A stretch of DNA of 64,000 nucleotides, taken from the IMG/VR virus record IMGVR_UViG_3300046779_002065, positions 64,276-128,275 of that record; one strand, given 5' to 3'. The translations under genes were made by a program, and so were the position numbers. The notes under the pieces were generated by a model, which was not told the DNA's origin, made no database searches, and saw only the letters and a list, made by a program, of their open reading frames with translations. The first letter of the stretch is position 1. Each line of letters starts with the position of its first letter. Below are positions 41,043-48,823 of the stretch, one piece after another. Source of the DNA: a virus.

Positions 41043-41244
41043 TCATAACGGGTAAATCACAGCTTCCAGTAGACATGCAAAGAGGATTTAATTCTTTGTT
41101 ACGCAGGTATAGCTCACGCAGATCCGCCAGGTAATCCAGATCATATCGGATTGCACACTCACGCAACCCAAAGCGTTGGGATTGCAATTTTTTGTATGCG
41201 CTGGCAGCAAATGCTGAATCGAGTTTTTCCTGTAAAGCGTCCAT
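41020..41244 (-). CDS. Hypothetical protein
   Basis: 74 aa, co-oriented and overlapping its neighbours. Confidence 0.55.
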   Translation of the reverse strand: MDALQEKLDSAFAASAYKKLQSQRFGLRECAIRYDLDYLADLRELYLRNKELNPLCMSTGSCDLPVMSEWIQTL

Positions 41245-41420
41245 TATCTGGTGAATGTCTTCAGTGTAATTTTATCGAGGTCTGAGAGGTTTACTGTTTT
41301 CTTTGCTGTAATTGAATCTTCGTAAGAACTGATACAATTGGAACAAACTTGTTTTCCGTCGGTTGCTGTTCTTAATTGACAGCTACATCCTAGCTGGGTG
41401 TTGCAGTTTTGGCAAGTCAT
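41244..41420 (-). CDS. Small Cys-rich protein (58 aa), absent from the ORF track
   Basis: MTCQNCNTQLGCSCQLRTATDGKQVCSNCISSYED... It fills the gap exactly, has a TAAAACCAAT leader and a TAATG coupling to the next gene. Confidence 0.75.
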   Translation of the reverse strand: MTCQNCNTQLGCSCQLRTATDGKQVCSNCISSYEDSITAKKTVNLSDLDKITLKTFTR

Positions 41421-41435
41421 ATTGGTTTTAATCGG

Positions 41436-41990
41436 TTAGTGACAGTGTGAGCAACAGGTGTCATAGAACTTTGTAAGCAATTTGCTTGCATACGCATACA
41501 TCTCCATTCCCTGTTTGATTGCGTGGCAGGATTCTACCTGTGCTTTTGCAGCATCAATGTAGAGTTTGATTAAGCGGAGTTTGTGAAGATTAGCTTCTAA
41601 TTCAGCAGAAGGTTCGCAAGGTTCCAAACGAAGCTTGCAGAGGATTGTGAGGTATTGATTTACCTGATTGGTATTGCGCAGGTGGTAGTATTCCACGAAA
41701 GCGTAATCGTTGGGAGATACACTGTATTTGATGGTGTACACTCCATCCTGGAGAGCAACGGGTTCTGTATCCCCCAATTGTACCAGACCAAGATTTTCTG
41801 CAGACAAGTTCATTGAACTGGCTGCTTCGATGTTTTCAATAAAAACCGGAGCTGCAAACCCTGGCATAGTAATGTCTAATCGACCACAATCTACGCTTAG
41901 ACCGGGAGCATAAGTACTTACGTCAACTACACGGAGAACGTAAGGGTTTGCAGTTTCTGGGATATCGAGTGCTAGATTGTGTTTTGCCAT
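41436..41990 (-). CDS. Conserved structural protein (tail hub-like)
   Basis: 184 aa. The LQDGVYTIKYSVSP motif is typical of crAss-like tail-module proteins. Confidence 0.55.
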   Translation of the reverse strand: MAKHNLALDIPETANPYVLRVVDVSTYAPGLSVDCGRLDITMPGFAAPVFIENIEAASSMNLSAENLGLVQLGDTEPVALQDGVYTIKYSVSPNDYAFVEYYHLRNTNQVNQYLTILCKLRLEPCEPSAELEANLHKLRLIKLYIDAAKAQVESCHAIKQGMEMYAYASKLLTKFYDTCCSHCH

Positions 41991-42046
41991 GACGTAAGTG
42001 AGGAAACTCTCTAATAGAATTTACTACTTTTTTTTCGATTAAACAA

Positions 42047-42083
42047 CAAAACAAAAAGGGATCGCAAAATGCGACCCCCTTCT
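42047..42083 (-). terminator. Intrinsic terminator
   Basis: Minus strand AGAAGGGGGTCGCA-TTT-TGCGATCCCTTTTTGTTTT. Confidence 0.8.
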
Positions 42084-42105
42084 GTATATAAAAACCAACC
42101 GAGGT

Positions 42106-43443
42106 TTAGTGGAGAGTAGATGCGTCAGTGCAATCAATTTTGTTTCCGCCAAGTTCAGTGAACTTAGTGAACCAAGTTTCGAATGAAGGAACGAACGCAG
42201 TTACTACGATTCTGATCAAGTACTGATCGCTGTCCAACATACCGCTAGGGTTTGCGTTGCGAGGTACACTGTGCAAAATGTAGTATGATTTATACTGGGT
42301 GCTACGAGACACGTCTGTCAATGAAGTATCGTTCAATACCTCACGCATACGTGGATCTTGCTGCCAAGGTTCTTGCAAGTAACGTTTTTGTAAGATCAAC
42401 TCACGCAAAACTGTTTCACCTAAACCGTCTGAAATCACAGGAGCTTGAGTTTCTGTTACACAGAAAGCCAAAGAGCTGCATGGGTTACCAGACTCATCTA
42501 CCACTGAAGGATAGATTGCAATTGGTGCAACTTCCACGAAGTCTTTAGGATCGAATGAACAATCACCAAAGGTAGTGTCTTGGTAAGCAGCAGTCAAGTC
42601 CATGTGAGCTTGTACGTTCGGGATGTTACCTTGAACTGTTACAGGAACATACGTACCAGTAACTGCTTCAGTCCAGAATACTACAGCAGCAGTGGTACCA
42701 GCAGCGGTTGCCGCTTTACCAAAAGTGATAGTAGTTCCAGAAACGTTTGTTACAAACGTGTTGTTTGGAATACCAGTACCAGTCACTTTCTGACCAATTA
42801 CAATACCAGTAGCAGAAGCTACCACCATTGTAGTACCAGCGTTAGACCAGGTTGCAGTAGTAGCAGCAGTTTTGCTGTATACTTTTGGAGACACAAAGTT
42901 TTTCAAAATTGGGTCTGCAGCGATTTGGTCTTTCCATGCCAAGAAGACAACCGTAGGATCCACGATGTCAGTTGCAGTTGCGCAACAACCAGTGAAACCA
43001 TCTAATGTCTTGTACACGTTGTGACTCAAGAAACGCAACGCAGGCGATCCTTTGATGTCCAAACGTAAACGGTACGTTTTGTTACAAGATAAGCTGTAAG
43101 CAGCGTCACAACCAACTTTAACGATTTGGTTCACAGCAGACTGAGAGTCTACTTTGTAGAAACGACTAACAAAACGAGGACTGATACCTTTAGTTTTGAT
43201 AGACTCTTTGTAGCCACCATGGAAAGGTCCGATTTTGTCTACAGTGTGGAAGCTACCTTGTGCAAGGTAAACTTGTGGAATGTACGCACTAGGCGTAGTA
43301 GCAGGAGCATACGAAGTGTTTGCTTTAGCATCAAAGATACCAATTTGACCAGCTGTCAAAGTGCTTGATGCTTGACCCGCAGTAGTTAAAAATCCAGAAG
43401 TACCGATCAGGACTTTCTGAAATGCGTGTGGAAAATAAGACAT
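42106..43443 (-). CDS. Abundant structural protein (auxiliary capsid/decoration-type)
   Basis: 445 aa with strongly biased codon use and its own terminator, located in the head-tail module. Contains a Thr/Gly-rich beta insertion. Confidence 0.55.
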   Translation of the reverse strand: MSYFPHAFQKVLIGTSGFLTTAGQASSTLTAGQIGIFDAKANTSYAPATTPSAYIPQVYLAQGSFHTVDKIGPFHGGYKESIKTKGISPRFVSRFYKVDSQSAVNQIVKVGCDAAYSLSCNKTYRLRLDIKGSPALRFLSHNVYKTLDGFTGCCATATDIVDPTVVFLAWKDQIAADPILKNFVSPKVYSKTAATTATWSNAGTTMVVASATGIVIGQKVTGTGIPNNTFVTNVSGTTITFGKAATAAGTTAAVVFWTEAVTGTYVPVTVQGNIPNVQAHMDLTAAYQDTTFGDCSFDPKDFVEVAPIAIYPSVVDESGNPCSSLAFCVTETQAPVISDGLGETVLRELILQKRYLQEPWQQDPRMREVLNDTSLTDVSRSTQYKSYYILHSVPRNANPSGMLDSDQYLIRIVVTAFVPSFETWFTKFTELGGNKIDCTDASTLH

Positions 43444-43470
43444 GATATATAAATTGTTTTTAAGGGGTTG

Positions 43471-43893
43471 TTATGATAAAAAAAGAAGTTTGTACTTAGC
43501 GGTGTTGATGGTGCTTTTTGCTTCGTCGAGTTCATTTACAATCTCGGAGTAAGGAAGGATACCTTGGAGATTCTCGATTTTTACTTTCAGCTCTCTTAAA
43601 TAAGATAATGCTTCTTCGACACTTTGACAAGGAGTATTTTCATTTACTGCAGGGATCTCTAGTAATTTTTCTGCAGCACCTTGATATCCTTCTGCCAGCG
43701 CATCCGCATGACCTTTGATAGCGTCGTAAAAATCATTCAACGCTGCATGCGCTGCATAACTTCCAGGACCAGTAACTTTTAAATGAGTCTTGTGTAATTT
43801 ACTAGACGCACTTAAAAACTCCGCTACTAAAGCTGCAGTAGCTGTATCAACGTTGTTTCCCTGTGAGGGTCTTTTGAGTGAACTAGGTAACAT
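43471..43893 (-). CDS. Dps/ferritin-like protein
   Basis: Ferroxidase spacing H-x11-H-x14-D-x3-E (HLKVTGPGSYAAH...DALAE). Confidence 0.8.
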   Translation of the reverse strand: MLPSSLKRPSQGNNVDTATAALVAEFLSASSKLHKTHLKVTGPGSYAAHAALNDFYDAIKGHADALAEGYQGAAEKLLEIPAVNENTPCQSVEEALSYLRELKVKIENLQGILPYSEIVNELDEAKSTINTAKYKLLFLS

Positions 43894-44594
43894 TAGTTAT
43901 TTCTTTCTGTGGTTGCTTGACCTTTTTGTAACTGGGTGATGCTTTCAATGTCTCCTGCTAAAATCAGACAGGTCTCTTCAATTAAAAGTTCCATTACGTC
44001 ATCCTTGAACTCGCCTTCTACATCTGCTGCACTGGTGCCGCCTGTTACCAGGTTAACACATCCTGCAAACTCCACCTTGCGTGGTGTACGATAGTACATC
44101 AGCGAAATGGTGTCCATTGCCCAGTCTTCTTCACGATAAACTTTAAAACGGTTGTTTCCCATTACCGAGAAGGTTTCACCCCACTCCCAGGAGGGATTGC
44201 GATAGTTGTCCGCCAACAGGTCCATTACATCTGCCTGTTCAGCGATGTAGGTGTTGACACGGTGTGGAGGACAACAGTCTTTCGCAACCATCAGGTCAAG
44301 TCGTTTAAAGAACAGGTAATCTTTGGGAAGATCCTGCGTTTCATAATACAAATCGTATTTTGTAAACGTCAGTTCCTTCTCAGTGAGCAAACGCTGCAAA
44401 TCATCAATGAGCACTTTGGAGGACTCGTCTCCTTCTTTGCGCATGTTGTTACCATGCACCTGGCGACGAACCCATTCCACCTGCGCTTTGTTAAACGCCT
44501 CCAGGATCTGCCAGCACTCAAAATTATCATAGTCGAGTGAAGCAAGTTTATTGAGACGTTGCTTGATCTTTATTTGCAGTGTAGCGTTATTCAT
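43893..44594 (-). CDS. Head-tail ring/adaptor protein
   Basis: 233 aa with FNKAQ...DDLQRLL...LPKDYL...YYRTP, the pattern of the crAss ring protein found two genes after the MCP. Confidence 0.65.
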   Translation of the reverse strand: MNNATLQIKIKQRLNKLASLDYDNFECWQILEAFNKAQVEWVRRQVHGNNMRKEGDESSKVLIDDLQRLLTEKELTFTKYDLYYETQDLPKDYLFFKRLDLMVAKDCCPPHRVNTYIAEQADVMDLLADNYRNPSWEWGETFSVMGNNRFKVYREEDWAMDTISLMYYRTPRKVEFAGCVNLVTGGTSAADVEGEFKDDVMELLIEETCLILAGDIESITQLQKGQATTERNN

Positions 44595-44607
44595 TGATCA
44601 GTTCAGG

Positions 44608-45624
44608 TTATTGGTTCCAGTATTTTTCCAAGTTTTTGCTTAAGTCAATTAAGATTTCTTCGTTCAAAGGATTCTTTAAGTACTCAGTCACATCACTTGG
44701 GTTTTTACCTAGTACAGTGCTTGACTTCATGTGGTAGATAAATCCATCACCACGGAATGAAATCATTTTGTAGTAAGTAGAGTCCTTAACGATTGCACGC
44801 AATTTCAATGTTTCCATATCCAATCCGGCTACGTCCAGGAACGTTTGTGCTGCACGACGTTTGTTGGTCTCGATAGACTCACCATTGATGTAGCGGTCCA
44901 TGATGTCATACATAACATCGTTTGGCGTATTCTTACGGTATTGTGCGCTGTTAGGATCGATTACCTTACACACATACATAAGTTTATTAGGATTCTTGTC
45001 AAAGAGCTTCTGCAACTCAGCCAACGCTTTGTTACGTACTTTCTTCCATTCTGTTTTGGTTCCTGCAGTCTCCTCGTATTTGTCAAGGTAAAACTTAGGT
45101 GGTTTTGCCATCGTACGCGCGTGCTCAAGACTCTTAGCAACCAGGGAGAATCCTCCAGCTTCAATTGCTTTAAGTTTGATCAGATCGTAGGGATCTTTTG
45201 CCGGATCCAGGTACAGCGGATCATTACTCATTCTCAAGACAATTTTGTCCCAGAAATCACCGTTGTCCGGACGAAGCACTTTAACCTTATTCCAGAACTC
45301 TACATCAGTAACATCGATGACGTTTGATGCAAGCATTTTCTCAAGTGTCATAACCAGCGCGCGGATCTCTTTGATCTTCGCTAGTTTTTCTTCTTCAGGA
45401 AGCATCTGGATCTCAGGAGCGAACTCGTTCAGTCCAGTTACATACTGCTTAATACCGTTTCTTTCCAAACATGCTAACTGTTCTTCATGGAAAATTCCAT
45501 CATACAGTGCAAGGTTGTACTTTTCAAGACCCATGTTTGTAGAACCTGCTTCTACATAAGGTCGGATTGCTAATGCTGCCCCTCGCTTCGCGAAGGTTCC
45601 GCTTTCTACTATTGTAACGCTCAT
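44608..45624 (-). CDS. Conserved crAss-like protein downstream of the MCP
   Basis: 338 aa, assigned by synteny. AAACCAACCAACCA leader. Confidence 0.6.
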   Translation of the reverse strand: MSVTIVESGTFAKRGAALAIRPYVEAGSTNMGLEKYNLALYDGIFHEEQLACLERNGIKQYVTGLNEFAPEIQMLPEEEKLAKIKEIRALVMTLEKMLASNVIDVTDVEFWNKVKVLRPDNGDFWDKIVLRMSNDPLYLDPAKDPYDLIKLKAIEAGGFSLVAKSLEHARTMAKPPKFYLDKYEETAGTKTEWKKVRNKALAELQKLFDKNPNKLMYVCKVIDPNSAQYRKNTPNDVMYDIMDRYINGESIETNKRRAAQTFLDVAGLDMETLKLRAIVKDSTYYKMISFRGDGFIYHMKSSTVLGKNPSDVTEYLKNPLNEEILIDLSKNLEKYWNQ

Positions 45625-45655
45625 TGGTTGGTTGGTTTATCGCGTATCGCGATTT

Positions 45656-45701
45656 GCGAACTGCAGTGACTCGAACACTGTGGACACCGGCTGTCAGTTC
45701 A
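45656..45701 (-). ncRNA. tRNA-like element lacking an anticodon arm
   Basis: TGAACTG-ACAGCCGGTGTCCA-CAGTG-TTCGAGT-CACTG-CAGTTCG-C: 7-bp acceptor stem, 5-bp T stem and canonical T loop. Confidence 0.6.
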
Positions 45702-45738
45702 GGATATTTGCCGGGTAGCGAACTACCCGGCGTATCCT
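45701..45738 (-). promoter_or_regulatory. Strong hairpin after the MCP stop (no U tract)
   Basis: GCCGGGTAG-TTCG-CTACCCGGC, extended by AGGATA/TATCCT. Confidence 0.6.
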
Positions 45739-45749
45739 ATAGGGTCAGA

Positions 45750-47366
45750 TTACAAAGAAGTTCCAGTAACTGGGTTTCTCATAACAATCTTCAACACCTT
45801 CGTAGGGTCTTTCACCCAGATCGCTGGCATTGTTTGCGTCATGAACACTCTGTAACCGTTGAAGTTTCCAGAGCTGTTGAAACCTTGTGTACGTCCCATG
45901 TAGTCCATGGTACCGTTTTGGTAGAACCATTTCAATTCGTTATCCCATTTCAACTTCAACAAGTAGATGTTGTCGTTGGTGTTGTCGGTGATATCGAACA
46001 CGATGAAGTTGTAAGAAGACAATGGGAAACCATCAACGATTGGGTTTTCAATGTCGTTAGTATGAACGTTGTCAAACGCTGGGTTCAATACAAATTTCAC
46101 ATTCGCTAAGAACGGAATAGTGTAAGAAGTGAACGCAAAACCGAAGTTCAAGTCCATTCCTTTACCAGTGATTGCCCCGATGTCTGCAGCCTGTACAACC
46201 AAACCTGCACCTAAAGCTTCTTTCTTGATCGCTTCATTTACCATCTTCATACCAGCCATACCAGTTTGAACAATGATTTGACGCTTTGGATCTGGTCCTT
46301 TGAACTCAACCTTACCATTGTAGAAGTTGAAGATTTCAGAACGGAACAATTCCAATGTGAAAGAACCTTTGTTGTACACACGTTTGAACGCGTTGTCCAA
46401 CTGCTTCCAAAGACCCACTGATAAGCGGATATCATCTGGACCATCTTGCTTAACACGTCCACCTTGTCCCCACATTAAGTAGGTCTCGATGTCTGTAGCA
46501 ATCTTAGTCAAATGAGCTGCTTCCAAGTTGGTTACGAATGAACGAGACAAGTTTCCGTTTTCGTAAGCTTTACGAACGAATTCTTTACCCATCTTCTTAA
46601 CCATGTCGTCGATGCTGGTGATTGAAGGATCAACACTCTTGTCGAAGTTTCTCCAGATCTCTGTTACAGGAACAGTACCATCAGCATTCATTCCACCTTT
46701 CATCATCAACTCAGCACGAGAAGAGATTGAATAGTGTACGTGAGCTTCCGCACCGCCTACGAAGTTGTAGAACTCACGGAAACCTGCAGAGATTTCTCCG
46801 ATGTCAGAGAATTTCTCTCCATATTCACCACGAGCAGAACCTTTACGGAAATACTTAACACCTGGTTTTAAGTAGTTCTTGTCGAAATACTTGGTGTTGT
46901 CGTTGTTAACAATTTGAACTGTGTAGATGAAACCGTCACCAGCTGGAAGAATGTCTTCAGCAGTGATGTACAATTCCACACCATTGTATTTGTCGTAGGT
47001 GATGATATCACCGTGTCCGAAAATACGTTTGTTCATTTTGATTTTGAAAGAAGTACCATCAACACCTGGAGTGCTGTTAGTTTCCACGTCCTCAGTGATG
47101 TACGGAAGATCCTGTACTACAGGAACCTGCCATTTGTACTCACCACGAGCGTTGTCAACCATGATGGTGTTTTTACCACCGAATGATGCCATCTGGTAAA
47201 GAGGCATTTCTACCTTTTGTACCATTGCCCACAAGTCTACCGGACCTAAATCCATAGGTTCGCTTGACTTAAGCATGTTTACTAAGTGGTAGGAGTCCAA
47301 GTGTGACTGCACCTTGTACTGGGTGTCACGCAAGAACAGACCGTTGTTTAATACTGGAGTTGCCAT
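45750..47366 (-). CDS. Major capsid protein
   Basis: 538 aa with strong codon bias. Portal-X-MCP order and the C-terminal IWVKDPTK motif match crAss MCPs. Confidence 0.88.
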   Translation of the reverse strand: MATPVLNNGLFLRDTQYKVQSHLDSYHLVNMLKSSEPMDLGPVDLWAMVQKVEMPLYQMASFGGKNTIMVDNARGEYKWQVPVVQDLPYITEDVETNSTPGVDGTSFKIKMNKRIFGHGDIITYDKYNGVELYITAEDILPAGDGFIYTVQIVNNDNTKYFDKNYLKPGVKYFRKGSARGEYGEKFSDIGEISAGFREFYNFVGGAEAHVHYSISSRAELMMKGGMNADGTVPVTEIWRNFDKSVDPSITSIDDMVKKMGKEFVRKAYENGNLSRSFVTNLEAAHLTKIATDIETYLMWGQGGRVKQDGPDDIRLSVGLWKQLDNAFKRVYNKGSFTLELFRSEIFNFYNGKVEFKGPDPKRQIIVQTGMAGMKMVNEAIKKEALGAGLVVQAADIGAITGKGMDLNFGFAFTSYTIPFLANVKFVLNPAFDNVHTNDIENPIVDGFPLSSYNFIVFDITDNTNDNIYLLKLKWDNELKWFYQNGTMDYMGRTQGFNSSGNFNGYRVFMTQTMPAIWVKDPTKVLKIVMRNPVTGTSL

Positions 47367-47395
47367 TTTCTTTTAGGGTATGAGATTAATTGTGT

Positions 47396-48634
47396 TTATC
47401 GTTTGAAGAAGCTTTGTGTAGGACGTTGTATGGTTCTACGTGCGGGTTTGTTGTTATCGTCTTTGTCTTCTGTTGGGTTAGAAGAAATACGATTTTGTTG
47501 TTCAGTCTTGAGTTTTCTCACGGTGTCCTGAGTAGCTGCATTCTGACCTTGTTGTTTGATCTGCGCTTTGTACTCATCCGGACTGCTGAGTAACCACATG
47601 GCTTCAGCGATTAATCCGTAGTTCGGCTCAACGAACTGGTATTTTTCCAGGAGGTGACCAAGCAGGTTGACTTTCTTTCCGCTGATGGAGTCATACTTGG
47701 GAGTGGTCATTTCAGTGAAGATGAACGCCTGTGTTTTTTTGTCCAACTTGATTCCGTTGATCTCACCGGCTTTCACAGTCTCGTACACATTGTCTACATA
47801 CTGCTTCATGGCGTCTTCACGTTGCTGCTTCATTTGCTCTTGCTGAGCTAGCTGTGCCTGAACCATTTGTTCCTGCATGCGGTCCAACTTTGGTTTGAAC
47901 CCGCCTGCTTTCTTTTCAAGCACACCCATTTCATTCCACTCCTGGATTTGTTCAGCAATCTCATCTTCGGTTCCGAACTGAGTTGCCATCAGGTAGTGTC
48001 TTGCAATAGCGTCTGCGTCATTTTGTGGGTCCAGTGAACGAGACTCTTCGACAGAGGCAAGTGCACGGAACAAACCTCTTAGGTCTTGTCCACCGTCAGC
48101 AACATACTTGGCAGCATATTGTAATTCCTGGGGTAATGATTCAAAGAACTCTTTTGGAGTTTGCTCACGCACCTGGCGTTCGCGCTCCTGTATATTTGCT
48201 TCCAGAAGTTCTTCCCAGTCTTTCACTGAGTACTCTTCCAGTTTCTTTTCATCTTCAAAAGGAATGATGGTTCCTTTTTCGATTAGTTTGGAGAAGGTCT
48301 CTACCAAACCGCTTTTGTCAATCTTCTGACGACCAGGGGTTTTCTTTTGTCCTTCGGCATCGTCATCGTCATTATTTGTCAGGTCATCTAATACAGCGTC
48401 TGCATTGATTTCCTTTGCTTGCTTCTTCTTGTCAGGATCCGTGTTTGCATCATCATCGTCATTGTCATCATCGTCTGGATTGTCCAGGAAGGATGTGTCA
48501 GTCTGGGTGTTCGAAAACATATTTGGTTTCTTGTCCCCTTCATTTCCGGTGATGATGTCTTCCGCACCTGGTAGTGGTAAGAAGTCATCAATGTTCACTA
48601 CGTCTTCGGTAGTTGTAGTCGTGTTGGTTGTCAT
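47396..48634 (-). CDS. Putative scaffolding protein
   Basis: 412 aa with an acidic disordered N-terminus and coiled coil, between portal and MCP. Confidence 0.55.
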   Translation of the reverse strand: MTTNTTTTTEDVVNIDDFLPLPGAEDIITGNEGDKKPNMFSNTQTDTSFLDNPDDDDNDDDDANTDPDKKKQAKEINADAVLDDLTNNDDDDAEGQKKTPGRQKIDKSGLVETFSKLIEKGTIIPFEDEKKLEEYSVKDWEELLEANIQERERQVREQTPKEFFESLPQELQYAAKYVADGGQDLRGLFRALASVEESRSLDPQNDADAIARHYLMATQFGTEDEIAEQIQEWNEMGVLEKKAGGFKPKLDRMQEQMVQAQLAQQEQMKQQREDAMKQYVDNVYETVKAGEINGIKLDKKTQAFIFTEMTTPKYDSISGKKVNLLGHLLEKYQFVEPNYGLIAEAMWLLSSPDEYKAQIKQQGQNAATQDTVRKLKTEQQNRISSNPTEDKDDNNKPARRTIQRPTQSFFKR

Positions 48635-48765
48635 AATCTTGGTTGGTTTGCGACCGAGGTCTACATTAATAATCTACATATTTTTAAACGTTCGAGAGTT
48701 ATCTGTAGACCTTTATTTGGACAAACCCGTACTATATCGCTATGAAAACCATTTTGTTGATAACA

Positions 48766-48800
48766 GAAAATGAAAAACCCCGCCTCGGGGAGGCAGGGTC
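48766..48800 (-). terminator. Intrinsic terminator after portal
   Basis: Minus strand GACCCTGCCTC-CCC-GAGGCGGGGTT-TTTCATTTT. Confidence 0.8.
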
Positions 48801-48823
48801 TACAATTAGATACCTTGTGGAGA

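Noticed and set aside
45624-46109. 161-aa plus-strand ORF
   Set aside because: Antisense to the MCP end and to the structured intergenic element.
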